A stretch of 64,000 nt of DNA from a virus (Duplodnaviria > Caudoviricetes), in IMG/VR virus record IMGVR_UViG_3300020576_002141, positions 11,384-75,383 of that record. One strand, written 5' to 3'. The first letter of the stretch is position 1. Every line of letters begins with the position of its first letter. Positions 48,265 to 57,731 of the stretch are shown piece after piece. The notes under the pieces were generated by a model. That model saw only the letters and a list, made by a program, of their open reading frames with translations, was not told where the DNA came from and searched no databases. Both the position numbers and the translations under genes were made by a program.

Positions 48265-49377
48265 ATGACAGAAAGATGGTTCACCACTTCAACCGAAGGA
48301 GCACAGGGCGACGGTAGCGGATCTTCTTGGGCAAACCGAGCAGTTCTAGTTTCCGGTTCGACGTGGTCTACTATTATCACCGGATGGAACTTTCCTTCTA
48401 GCGGGACTTTGATTTGTTATGTCGGACCCGGAACATATAGCGTTAGCGGAAAGTTAGATACAGCAGCAATTACAAATCCTCCGGTTGTTTATGCTCCATT
48501 GCTATTCCATGGTTGTGACAGCAGCGGCAATCCACTCACTCCACCGGATCCAGACTGGAAATCAAATCAAGAACCATGGGATGACTCTTCATTACCAGTT
48601 CTTTCGTCTAGTGGTAATATCAATATTTTCAATTTAAGCAGTTTTTCTTGCGCCTGCTTGTTGAAATTTGTTTCTTCTGGAAATACCACAAATTCTACAT
48701 TTGAAGTTGGAAAAACCATTTGGTGTCACGCCGTAAATTCTACTTCGAACGCCAGCACAAGAATTGGTGCTGGCGTTCACCATATGAATTCGGTTTTCAA
48801 AATGACTGGAACTGTGTATTCTGATATAAGTGCTGGTGTTACAATTTCATACAATTCCAAATATATCGGCAACAGTTCGGCGTCAGCGGGTAATGGAATA
48901 CTACCGGGAACAAACCAAGTAAATGTTTTTGGATGCACATTTGTTGATCATCCAAATTATATGATCAAATTTGGTTCTGGCACACTTTCTCAAAATCATA
49001 ACGTATTGTATAATCTATTTTACAACTGCACCACAGCTATTCAACTAGCTAGTGTGGCATCTCAAAGCAATACTCAAAAAATAATACACAACTATTTTGG
49101 AAATTGCTCTACAGTAATAGATTGCAATACCAACGCTAAACTAAAATTCTACGATAATCGATGTATACAATACACAAATCTTCTTATCAATGAAAACGCT
49201 ATGGGCACCATTACCCCATTTAATGACTTTGACGCTGCAAGCACTGCCTCTGACGAATTGGTAAACGTTGCAACCGGTGATTATCGCATCAAGAATACTG
49301 TCGATGTATGGGGGAAAAACTACGGACCCTCCGACCAACCGAGATCAGGAGGAGGAACTGTAGTTTCTCTACTATAA
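48265..49377 (+). CDS. Putative beta-helix virion/receptor-binding protein (paralog A)
   Basis: DGSGSSWANRA N-terminus; Asn/Ser-rich beta-helix-like repeats (NLFYNC, NYFGNC); GDYRIK near the C-terminus. Confidence 0.65.
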   Translation: MTERWFTTSTEGAQGDGSGSSWANRAVLVSGSTWSTIITGWNFPSSGTLICYVGPGTYSVSGKLDTAAITNPPVVYAPLLFHGCDSSGNPLTPPDPDWKSNQEPWDDSSLPVLSSSGNINIFNLSSFSCACLLKFVSSGNTTNSTFEVGKTIWCHAVNSTSNASTRIGAGVHHMNSVFKMTGTVYSDISAGVTISYNSKYIGNSSASAGNGILPGTNQVNVFGCTFVDHPNYMIKFGSGTLSQNHNVLYNLFYNCTTAIQLASVASQSNTQKIIHNYFGNCSTVIDCNTNAKLKFYDNRCIQYTNLLINENAMGTITPFNDFDAASTASDELVNVATGDYRIKNTVDVWGKNYGPSDQPRSGGGTVVSLL

Positions 49378-49380
49378 ACC

Positions 49381-50526
49381 ATGGCATATACCACCAGATA
49401 TTTTGGAACAACCGGAGGACCCAGCGGAAGCGATGGGTCGGACTGGAACAATCGAGCACCCCTATTGGTTGGAGGTACATCTGGAACATGGAGTGGCTCA
49501 CTTACGGGTTGGAATTTTGGTCTTTCTGGGTCTCTTCTTGCTTATATTGGTCCGGGTAGATATACACCAAGCGTAGCATTAAGTCAAACTCTATTTGCAT
49601 CCCCGTGTGGTGTCAGTGGGCATCTGTTCATGTGCGGATGTGATGCTTCTGGTAATGCCATACAGCCAGATTTGGGATGGAATTCATGCGAACCGGAATA
49701 TGACACTTCTTCATATCCTGTATTTGTTGTAAATACCAATGCCAACTTTGTAAACTTGAGCGCAAATTTTGCTACGATAAGATGCCTTTACGTGGAAGGA
49801 AACAATGTAACAACAAACTTTATAGTAAGGTTTTGCGATACTAGTTATTGCAAAGTCCATGCCAAAAGTACTTGCACCTACGTAGGCAGCGGTCTGCATG
49901 ATGCCAACTCAAAAGCGTTCGATAGCGTATATCAAAATGATTCCACTGTCTTTGGTACTATATTAGGGTCAGACCCTTTTAACTGCCGATCATTTGCTAC
50001 AGCAACCGGTGCCACATGGGGAACCGGCATTGGCAATAACAATGCACCACATATATTATACAAATGTACTTCATATGGCGCTCCGTTGAGTCAAATACGC
50101 AGCAGCAGCGTTTCTCAAAATAATATGACACCATATTGGTTTGATAACACATTTTATGACGCTGGATTGACGATGGCTGCATTTTCTCTGACTGGTAGAA
50201 ATATCGCTATTGGTATAATAGCCAATAACTACTTTGCAGATGCTACTGTTGGCATAGATTATCTTTCTTTCATCAACTGTATCACCATAAATAATAGACT
50301 AAGAACATTCACCACCTCTACTTTTTCTGGAACAGCCGACAACATTTTTCTATTCAATCAGATAACCGGAGGAACCGACGCCGATGAATTTGTGAATGGT
50401 ACTGGTGGTACCAGCGGAGATTTGACAATCAAGAGCACTTCTACTATGTGGGGTCGAGATTACGGAGTAGCCGATCAACAACCAACCGGCGGTGGAAATA
50501 GAGTCGGTGGATTCTTCTTTGGATAA
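49381..50526 (+). CDS. Putative beta-helix virion/receptor-binding protein (paralog B)
   Basis: DGSDWNNRAPL...TWSGSLTGWNF...YIGPGRY aligns with 48265; GDLTIK near the C-terminus. Confidence 0.65.
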   Translation: MAYTTRYFGTTGGPSGSDGSDWNNRAPLLVGGTSGTWSGSLTGWNFGLSGSLLAYIGPGRYTPSVALSQTLFASPCGVSGHLFMCGCDASGNAIQPDLGWNSCEPEYDTSSYPVFVVNTNANFVNLSANFATIRCLYVEGNNVTTNFIVRFCDTSYCKVHAKSTCTYVGSGLHDANSKAFDSVYQNDSTVFGTILGSDPFNCRSFATATGATWGTGIGNNNAPHILYKCTSYGAPLSQIRSSSVSQNNMTPYWFDNTFYDAGLTMAAFSLTGRNIAIGIIANNYFADATVGIDYLSFINCITINNRLRTFTTSTFSGTADNIFLFNQITGGTDADEFVNGTGGTSGDLTIKSTSTMWGRDYGVADQQPTGGGNRVGGFFFG

Positions 50527-50535
50527 GGAACGCAC

Positions 50536-51018
50536 ATGCCTGTAAACTTTCCATTATCACCAGCAACAAACGATCTGTATTCGTACGGAAATACCGTATG
50601 GAAATACAACGGAACGGCATGGGTAGTACAAAACTACGCCCCGGAGTCTGTAACCACAAACATCAAGACTTTCTCGATTGGTGCCGTTTTCGACGGTGGC
50701 GGGGCTTTGCCAACGGTGGATACAAAGTCATATGTTCTTTGCCCAAACAGCGGAACATTATCAAAATCTTCAATCTTCGCAGATATCACTGGTTCGGCTC
50801 AAATTACAGTATATCGCAATAGTTCCTCTTCCTATCCCCCATCTACTTCTATAGTTGGATCACTTCCACCAAGCTTGTCTGGGCAAAATTTTAATCAATA
50901 TCCTTCTCTAACGGGTTGGAGTACAAGCGTCACGGCTGGTGATATTTTTGGATTCAAACTAGATTCCGTAACAGGTTGTACTCGTATCACAGTTCAAATC
51001 GAGTGTATAAAATCATGA
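50536..51018 (+). CDS. Small virion protein paralogous to the C-terminus of 46861
   Basis: FPLSPATNDLY...WKYNGTAW, then [16 protein letters not shown]...[10 protein letters not shown]...PPSLSGQ...LTGW.TSVTAGD.F.F.LDSV. Confidence 0.75.
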   Translation: MPVNFPLSPATNDLYSYGNTVWKYNGTAWVVQNYAPESVTTNIKTFSIGAVFDGGGALPTVDTKSYVLCPNSGTLSKSSIFADITGSAQITVYRNSSSSYPPSTSIVGSLPPSLSGQNFNQYPSLTGWSTSVTAGDIFGFKLDSVTGCTRITVQIECIKS

Positions 51019-51029
51019 GGAGTGCGTAA

Positions 51030-51314
51030 ATGCCAGCAGAACCAAGACCATTTCCTATGTTTACTATAATAGACCCATCTATAAAAAGAGTTTCAGTAAC
51101 TCTTTCTACGTCAGAAGTTATTGAATTTAATCTTGATCAGATTTTGTATCCCACCGATTTAGTAAATATCGATCATCCTGATTTTGAAACGTTTTATGCT
51201 GTTTTGAGATGGCTGCGATCAAGAAATACAAATCTTGAAAATGGATTTAATGATCCTCAGGTCATGCAAGCCTATTTTAGTGCATACTTTATACCTATGG
51301 AGATTTCACCATGA
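51030..51314 (+). CDS. Hypothetical protein
   Basis: 94 aa, GAGGAG SD, coupled to the next gene. Confidence 0.65.
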   Translation: MPAEPRPFPMFTIIDPSIKRVSVTLSTSEVIEFNLDQILYPTDLVNIDHPDFETFYAVLRWLRSRNTNLENGFNDPQVMQAYFSAYFIPMEISP

Positions 51315-52465
51315 GTAAGTGGCTACAAAATATATCAACAAGTGACGGTAGTATGCCTTCCATGTGGTTTAGAGGTGGCGTAAGTAACACAGAGGCATCA
51401 TTTACTCTAACTGGTGCATCTGGTTATGTGTATGGATCAGCCGGTTCTGCTATATGCATGATGTCATTTTGTCCAATTGACAACGGTAATCTTACCGATA
51501 TAGTTTTTAGACCAAAGCGATTTAATGGTACTTGGTCAAACACAGATCAAAAAATCAATTATGAAATACGAGAAGGGTTAGCTGCAGCTCGCAGGCCAGG
51601 AAATATTCTAACATGCACGGGAGACGTTCAATTAAGTGGCGCAGTTGAATGGGTAAATAAGACAGGAATTTCACAATCACTTACAGCAGGAAAAATATAT
51701 TCATTAGTATTATATGATGCTGATGTTACAAATGGTGCAAATAATGTTTCTGTTGTTTTTCGTTTGGGAACAAGCATATCTACATATCATAGTTGTGTAA
51801 TTGCAGAAGCGGGCACTACTGTTAATGGGTTTTCTACTTCTTATAATGTTTCGGGTGGAAATCCGGCGTGTGCTCTTAAAGTTGGAAATAGATGGTATGC
51901 TGGTCAATGTCAAGATTATCTAAATACAGAACCAGGAAGTTCAAAGTTACGAGGTAATAGATTTAAAGTAACTGAGAATTGTACTATTATTGGGCATATA
52001 GTAGGCTCGTCAGATGGAGATATGTTATATTTGCCTTATAAGTTCAAATTATTTGACGATTCTACTACAGCCGGAGGCACTCCGCTTTACACATTTACTC
52101 CATCCGCAACTTCAAACCAAAACGGGTCAACTCAAACCCCCGTCGCCACATATTATACAGAATCCCAGCATTATGATATACAAAAGGATACGTGGTATAG
52201 GTTTGTGGTAGATCCTAATCCATATGATGTGGCGAATACTAGACCAAGAAAAAGTGCTATCACCATTAGCGGAGATACAAGTACATTGTTGTCTGCTTTT
52301 GTTGCTCTATCTGGATCTTGTTATTGGACAGAATCTACTACAGGGGCAACAAGTTGGACAAATAGTATAACTGCTATGGCTTTAGTCAGCCCTTTGTTTG
52401 CTCCAAAAACACAACCCACAGGAGGAACTGGTTCTTCAACTCACGCTTTCGGGTTCGTTGGATAA
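51311..52465 (+). CDS. Hypothetical beta-rich virion protein
   Basis: 384 aa, Ser/Thr/Gly-rich, ends QPTGGTGSSTHAFGFVG. Confidence 0.65.
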   Translation: MSKWLQNISTSDGSMPSMWFRGGVSNTEASFTLTGASGYVYGSAGSAICMMSFCPIDNGNLTDIVFRPKRFNGTWSNTDQKINYEIREGLAAARRPGNILTCTGDVQLSGAVEWVNKTGISQSLTAGKIYSLVLYDADVTNGANNVSVVFRLGTSISTYHSCVIAEAGTTVNGFSTSYNVSGGNPACALKVGNRWYAGQCQDYLNTEPGSSKLRGNRFKVTENCTIIGHIVGSSDGDMLYLPYKFKLFDDSTTAGGTPLYTFTPSATSNQNGSTQTPVATYYTESQHYDIQKDTWYRFVVDPNPYDVANTRPRKSAITISGDTSTLLSAFVALSGSCYWTESTTGATSWTNSITAMALVSPLFAPKTQPTGGTGSSTHAFGFVG

Positions 52466-52475
52466 ATAAGAATAT

Positions 52476-53417
52476 ATGTCAAACTCCATAGCAATATCTC
52501 CCAGAGGACCAAGAGGCAATACCGGACCATCCGGCTCCATTGGCCCAACAGGAAATACTGGACCAGCCGGACCGACGGGATCAATAGGAGCAACCGGCTC
52601 AACAGGACCAACAGGCTCAATAGGGCCAACTGGGCCACAAGGAACAACAGGTGCTACCGGTCCCCAAGGACCAACTGGAGCAACCGGTCCTCTTCCAACA
52701 AACTATGTCTCCAGTTTTAATGGAGTAACTGGTGCTATAATATATTCTTCTACTCTAGCTACCTATAGTCTTACCGGAGTAGCCTCCTATAACATCAACG
52801 ATTTTGTTATTTCTTCTACTGGAAACGTGGGCCTTACTTCTTCCGTGGCTAAGACAACCACAGGAAATACATTTACCCCCAGACAGACATTTTCTGGTGG
52901 CATAACTACTCAAAGTCTATATGTTTCATCCGGTGCTACCTTCGCGTCTTCAGCTAATTTTCAGACTACGGTAACTGTTCAAAATACACTTACCATCAGT
53001 GGCAACACTAACTTAGGAAACTCTACTTCTACAACCATAGTTTTACCAAATGCTCAGCAAATAAAAACAGCAAGCAACAGCACAACATCTGTTTCCCAAT
53101 ATACACTATACTCTGCTGATCCTAGTTTAGGTGGGTTTAATACAGCAGATGTAGTCATTCAAGCAGAAAGGTATGATGCTGTCCTTGGAACATTGGGAGT
53201 TCATACTGTTAGAATGATGATAGTAGGTAACTGGGCTGGTACGTTATATACAGCCAGCATATATGGAGAGACAAAAACGGGATCTCCTGTAGCCACATTT
53301 ACGGTCGATGATGATGGTCTTTCTAGCTGGAGAATACGCGTTACACCATCTAGTACAGATTTGACATCAGTAAAAGCTTTCATAATAGCCTCTCCGAACC
53401 TAGGTCTATCCGTATAA
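52476..53417 (+). CDS. Collagen-like fibre protein
   Basis: [10 protein letters not shown]...GPTGATG run, then fibre-type segments ([13 protein letters not shown]) and a C-terminal beta domain. Confidence 0.78.
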   Translation: MSNSIAISPRGPRGNTGPSGSIGPTGNTGPAGPTGSIGATGSTGPTGSIGPTGPQGTTGATGPQGPTGATGPLPTNYVSSFNGVTGAIIYSSTLATYSLTGVASYNINDFVISSTGNVGLTSSVAKTTTGNTFTPRQTFSGGITTQSLYVSSGATFASSANFQTTVTVQNTLTISGNTNLGNSTSTTIVLPNAQQIKTASNSTTSVSQYTLYSADPSLGGFNTADVVIQAERYDAVLGTLGVHTVRMMIVGNWAGTLYTASIYGETKTGSPVATFTVDDDGLSSWRIRVTPSSTDLTSVKAFIIASPNLGLSV

Positions 53418-53420
53418 ATA
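53413..53420 (+). promoter_or_regulatory. T4-type late promoter
   Basis: TATAAATA, 7 nt before ATG 53428. Confidence 0.65.
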
Positions 53421-53427
53421 GGTTTAT

Positions 53428-53949
53428 ATGCCAATAATACCATTTGACTCATATGGTGGATTTTCTATAAATGGAGCTACGTTCGCTGACAGTTCGCGTA
53501 ATGTTTACGCTGTCGGAGCCACATTTACTGGAACTGTCTTCATTGGAGCTACGGGTGTCACTAGCATAGTTGGCAGTTTAAATGGATTTTATGGTGGCGT
53601 CTCTATTACCGCAGGATCGAACGTAACCATAAATAACTCCGGTAATGTAATCACCATCTCAAGCAGCGGTGGTGGGGGACCAGCCGGTGCAACAGGACCA
53701 ACCGGGCCAACAGGACCCAGAGGATCGACAGGTCCTACGGGAAGTTTTCAGGATGGAACATACGGTGATATCGAGGTAACTGGCGGCGGATTAACTCTAA
53801 ATATTATAGCAACGTTGGACACGATTCCTGTTGCTGTGACCGGGGTTAACTTTAACAGTCAGCAAGCCTTGAATTTTAGAATAGAAAACAGAACAAGCGA
53901 TCCTGCTTCGCCTACAAGCGGGCAGATTTGGTTAAGAACGGATTTATAA
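53428..53949 (+). CDS. Small fibre-like virion protein with short collagen run
   Basis: [13 protein letters not shown]...[16 protein letters not shown]...RTSDPASPTSGQIWLRTD. Confidence 0.7.
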   Translation: MPIIPFDSYGGFSINGATFADSSRNVYAVGATFTGTVFIGATGVTSIVGSLNGFYGGVSITAGSNVTINNSGNVITISSSGGGGPAGATGPTGPTGPRGSTGPTGSFQDGTYGDIEVTGGGLTLNIIATLDTIPVAVTGVNFNSQQALNFRIENRTSDPASPTSGQIWLRTDL

Positions 53950-53959
53950 AGGAACAGTT

Positions 53960-54391
53960 ATGCCAAAAGCAACGACATTTTCAAACGACTTGATTGCTCT
54001 TATATTTAACGCAACCGCTATTGCTAATATAGCGGATAATGCCTCGTCTTCTCCTATTACTAACCTGTACTTAAGTCTTCATACTTCGGATCCGGGGGTA
54101 GGTGGATCTCAAACCACCAACGAAACCAGCTATACTAACTATGTCAGAGTAGCTGTTGTTCGATCTGGCAGCGGATGGACAGTTTCGGGAGGTGTTGCGC
54201 AGAACGCTGCTCTAGTACAGTTTGCTCAGTGCGGTGCCTCTGGTGCTACCATTACTCACGTAGCAATTGGTACAGCCTCAAGCAGCACAGGTAAGGTCCT
54301 CTATGCCGGAGCTTTGAACTCGTCCCTAGCAGTATCAAACGGCATTCAGCCTCAGTTTGCGATTAACGCGTTATCAGTAACCGAATCATAA
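53960..54391 (+). CDS. Phage virion/minor tail protein
   Basis: LYLSLHTSDPG...NETSYTNYVRVAV.R...GW...N...VQF.QC......ITH.AIG...G..LY.G.L, a common phage tail protein pattern. Confidence 0.75.
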   Translation: MPKATTFSNDLIALIFNATAIANIADNASSSPITNLYLSLHTSDPGVGGSQTTNETSYTNYVRVAVVRSGSGWTVSGGVAQNAALVQFAQCGASGATITHVAIGTASSSTGKVLYAGALNSSLAVSNGIQPQFAINALSVTES

Positions 54392-54400
54392 GGATATGAT

Positions 54401-54559
54401 ATGAATAATTTTGAATGTAAATCTTGCGGAAAAGAAGTCAAATTGATTGAAGGTGCTTACATAAAAACATGTCAATGCCAGAATTCCGGTATTATAGCAA
54501 ATATGAAAGCCGTGGCATATGGTGAAGCTAAAATAAATCCTGGTAAGAAGGCAAAGTAA
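54401..54559 (+). CDS. Small Cys-rich protein (MNNFECKSCGKEV...KTCQCQ...)
   Basis: 52-aa ORF missing from the track; AAGGA SD; CxxC...CxC; stop abuts the next ATG. Confidence 0.7.
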   Translation: MNNFECKSCGKEVKLIEGAYIKTCQCQNSGIIANMKAVAYGEAKINPGKKAK

Positions 54560-55417
54560 ATGGCTGGATTTAGTACAATAAAAGATTATGTTGATTGCCA
54601 AGTAAACGGGCGTATTCATTCGTGCGTATTCAGAAAAGTTCCTTCACAAGCTTCCACAGCCGGCTGGTGGGTAGACTTATCGATGGCGGCTGGTAACCCC
54701 ATGCCTAACTACTATGTAGGAACAGAACTCAAAGCAACTCTATTTGACGATTTTAGAGGTATATTTCATGGAGATGACAAGTCGCCCTCTTCTAAACACC
54801 TGACCTCTCTATCTTTAATCACACCAACAGCCGCAATGGTTGGTCGATATATGTTATTAGATTATTTGATGTTCTATCCATTCGTAGATGGTGATTCGGC
54901 TGATGTACAAACGATGGATAATACAATAACTCTTCCTAGGTATGCGACAGGTGATGGTGTTCAAGTTATGGCAGTGGCAGTTGCTCCTACAACCGGAAGC
55001 GGAAGGTTTACTTTTGATTATATAAATCAGGATGGAGTTGCTAAAACTTCAAAATCTCAATCATGCTCTACAACTTCTGCTAATATTGCTACACTGGTAA
55101 CAAGTCAGCAAGCGAACACAGATTGTATAGGACCATTCCTATCTTTAAATTCTGGTGATACAGGAGTTCGCAGTATAACTAGCGTTACGTTTAGCGTAGC
55201 AAACGGAGGACTAGTATCTTTGGTTCTTGTAAAACCAATAGCAGAGATAGCAATACGCGAAATAAATACAGAGGTAGAAGCAACATATGTAGATAAAAGA
55301 CCAGGAATTTTACCTAGAATATATGACGGTGCTTATTTAAACTTAATTTCAAGTCCCGCAGGATCAGTGGCAGCCGGTATTTTAAAGGGCGCCGCATCAT
55401 TCGCATGGAGTACGTAA
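54560..55417 (+). CDS. Hypothetical virion protein (paralog of 55419)
   Basis: AGWWVDLSMAAGNP...LPRYATGDGVQ...GPFLSLNSGDTGVRSITSV. Confidence 0.7.
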   Translation: MAGFSTIKDYVDCQVNGRIHSCVFRKVPSQASTAGWWVDLSMAAGNPMPNYYVGTELKATLFDDFRGIFHGDDKSPSSKHLTSLSLITPTAAMVGRYMLLDYLMFYPFVDGDSADVQTMDNTITLPRYATGDGVQVMAVAVAPTTGSGRFTFDYINQDGVAKTSKSQSCSTTSANIATLVTSQQANTDCIGPFLSLNSGDTGVRSITSVTFSVANGGLVSLVLVKPIAEIAIREINTEVEATYVDKRPGILPRIYDGAYLNLISSPAGSVAAGILKGAASFAWST

Positions 55418-55418
55418 T

Positions 55419-56573
55419 ATGGGTTGGACATCAATAGATGATATGGTAAATCAGCTTACTACAAATGGTAAGTATTTAAGAAGAGATACTGCGAAGAATA
55501 CTACACCTGCTCATACAGCAGGCGGTTGGCATCTTTTGGCTGGCTTAGCTGGTAATCCAACGTCTACTACCTTTCCCGGTACCGATTTGGTATGGTCTAA
55601 TACAGATGAGTTTACCGGAGACGGAACAAACGTTTTCGGTATATTAAACGGCGGACCTATGTCTGGTTCAGCTACAAAGCATCTTCTTTCTATAGGTGCT
55701 AGCGTTGTAGCAGCAGCTGGTGCTCCGTGGCAACTAAAGTTAGTGGATCTTCAAGGATATTATAGAATGTCTACTACTAACGTTACCGGTACTGGTTCTA
55801 GAACATTGATAAACTCCGAAACGTTTACAGCAAACGCAGGTACTGATATCATAACATACGCTCAGGACTGGAAATCTGGCACCAAGGTAAGATTTACCAC
55901 AACCACTACTCTTCCCGCAGGATTATCTTTGGCTACCGATTATTACTTGGTGCGTCAATCGGCTACCACAGCAAAAGTGGCTTCTTCTTATGCTAACTAT
56001 ATTGCTGGTACAACTATAGACATTACAGATGCCGGTACCGGTACCCACACTTTAACTATTCAGATGCCAAGATATACAGACGGAGTTGGTTGCCAAGCTT
56101 TCTTCGTTGCTCAAACTGCTCCTTCAACAGGTGGTCCTACTTTGAGCGCGTCATCTTATACTAATACAGCAGGAACGTCTTCTAGATCATTTCAAGGATC
56201 TGTTACTTTCGGTGCTGCGGCTGATGCTTATGCTACCCGCGTTATTCACAGCGGAAACGCAGCAGGTAGATACGGACCGTTCCTTCCTTTAGCAGGAGGT
56301 GATACGGGAATTAAATCTATAGAATCATTTACATGGTCTGCTGGTACAGCTTATACCGGCTCGGGTGTTATAGCTTTGTGTATAGCAAGGCCAATTTGCG
56401 ATATATCAGTTCCCGTTACTGGTATGTGGTCAGAGAGAGATTTGGTGAATCAGCTACCATCTCTTCCAGAAATCAAAAACGGTGCTAACCTGCAATTCAT
56501 GATGTTCTCTACTGGTGCTACAACAAACTTGTCTCCCGTGACTGCTGCTTTGGATTTTGGTTGGGGAGGATAA
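55419..56573 (+). CDS. Hypothetical virion protein with an inserted ~83-aa domain
   Basis: AGGWHLLAGLAGNP...MPRYTDGVGCQ...GPFLPLAGGDTGIKSIESF; insertion at 55809-56057. Confidence 0.7.
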   Translation: MGWTSIDDMVNQLTTNGKYLRRDTAKNTTPAHTAGGWHLLAGLAGNPTSTTFPGTDLVWSNTDEFTGDGTNVFGILNGGPMSGSATKHLLSIGASVVAAAGAPWQLKLVDLQGYYRMSTTNVTGTGSRTLINSETFTANAGTDIITYAQDWKSGTKVRFTTTTTLPAGLSLATDYYLVRQSATTAKVASSYANYIAGTTIDITDAGTGTHTLTIQMPRYTDGVGCQAFFVAQTAPSTGGPTLSASSYTNTAGTSSRSFQGSVTFGAAADAYATRVIHSGNAAGRYGPFLPLAGGDTGIKSIESFTWSAGTAYTGSGVIALCIARPICDISVPVTGMWSERDLVNQLPSLPEIKNGANLQFMMFSTGATTNLSPVTAALDFGWGG

Positions 56574-57371
56574 ATGTTAATAAACAACGCTGTGAGACTC
56601 GGTGGTGGGCCAATGAAGTATATGGGGGGTGCAGCGGCTGGCGTGATAGACCGGTCGATCTGGGGCACTCCTGGATCTATTTTAAATTGGTACGCAGGAG
56701 AAGGAACGAGTCTCAGCGGGTCTTCTATAGCCAACAAATCTGCTTTTCCTGATGGTTATAGTCATCCTTATTGTTGGGTTAAAGCAATCAAACCAGGAGG
56801 AATGGCGTGCAGAGGTATAATCATAGGCGAGGTTGATATATCCCTATCGATGGCTTCTGGTGTAAATGCTGAAGCCGGTCTTACCGGAACTGGTTATATC
56901 AATAATGCAGCTCTTGGTCTAATAGTCTCTCTATTATCTGGAATTACTGGCGGTGGTCAAATTACATCTTCTTCTCTCCTAGCTAAAGCCAACGCAGCAG
57001 CCGGACTAACCGGAGTAGCTTCGTTGTCAAGCGGGGATTTAGAAGCACTCGGTAATATGATATTGGAATTAGTAACAGAAGGAACAGTATCCGATGCTTC
57101 GTTGCTAGCTAAAGGATTTATGGAAGCAGATCTTGACGTGGTTGGAGCTACTCTCACGACAGCAAACGTAGCTGATGCTGTCTGGGGAGCCTTAGCGGAA
57201 GCAGGATTCTCTTACGATCAAATAATAAGAATAATAGCGGCTGCTACGGCAGGAAAAGTATCAGGAGGACCTGGATCTCCTGTCTTTAGAAATTTGTCGG
57301 ATACAACAGATCAGATTATAGGAACAGCAGATTCTTCAGGAAACAGAACAGGTGTGACATACGGGGATTAA
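56574..57371 (+). CDS. Hypothetical virion protein (Gly/Ala-rich)
   Basis: AFPDGYSHPYCWV..IKPGGM; repeated AGLTG; IADAVW-like VADAVWGA...AGK.SG C-terminus. Confidence 0.65.
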   Translation: MLINNAVRLGGGPMKYMGGAAAGVIDRSIWGTPGSILNWYAGEGTSLSGSSIANKSAFPDGYSHPYCWVKAIKPGGMACRGIIIGEVDISLSMASGVNAEAGLTGTGYINNAALGLIVSLLSGITGGGQITSSSLLAKANAAAGLTGVASLSSGDLEALGNMILELVTEGTVSDASLLAKGFMEADLDVVGATLTTANVADAVWGALAEAGFSYDQIIRIIAAATAGKVSGGPGSPVFRNLSDTTDQIIGTADSSGNRTGVTYGD

Positions 57372-57374
57372 TAG

Positions 57375-57680
57375 ATGCCGTGGTTTGCTTCAAACTTTTA
57401 TACTACAAGCTGGTATGAAACTAACTGGTATTACGGAGCAACCGGAGCTACTGGATTTCCTACACAATATTCTGGATTACGAGTATATTACGATTCTACT
57501 GTTTATGACTTGTGCCTTGTTTCCGTTTCTGACGCTCCGAGTGGAATGGGAGGCGTGTTGAAGGTAAGAAAAAATAACACAACATATGCAGCTTATCTAG
57601 TAGAAACATCAGATCCTATGGCATCAAGCATAAGAATAAAAACATCAACAGGTGTAAAAGCCATAAGACTAAAAGATTAA
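57375..57680 (+). CDS. Hypothetical protein
   Basis: 101 aa, W/Y-rich N-terminus, co-directional. Confidence 0.6.
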   Translation: MPWFASNFYTTSWYETNWYYGATGATGFPTQYSGLRVYYDSTVYDLCLVSVSDAPSGMGGVLKVRKNNTTYAAYLVETSDPMASSIRIKTSTGVKAIRLKD

Positions 57681-57682
57681 TG

Positions 57683-57690
57683 TATAAATA
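57683..57690 (+). promoter_or_regulatory. T4-type late promoter
   Basis: TATAAATA upstream of the glycosyltransferase (AAAGGAG SD follows). Confidence 0.65.
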
Positions 57691-57731
57691 CAAATGAATA
57701 TTTTTATACCATAAAGGAGTTTGATTAAGTT

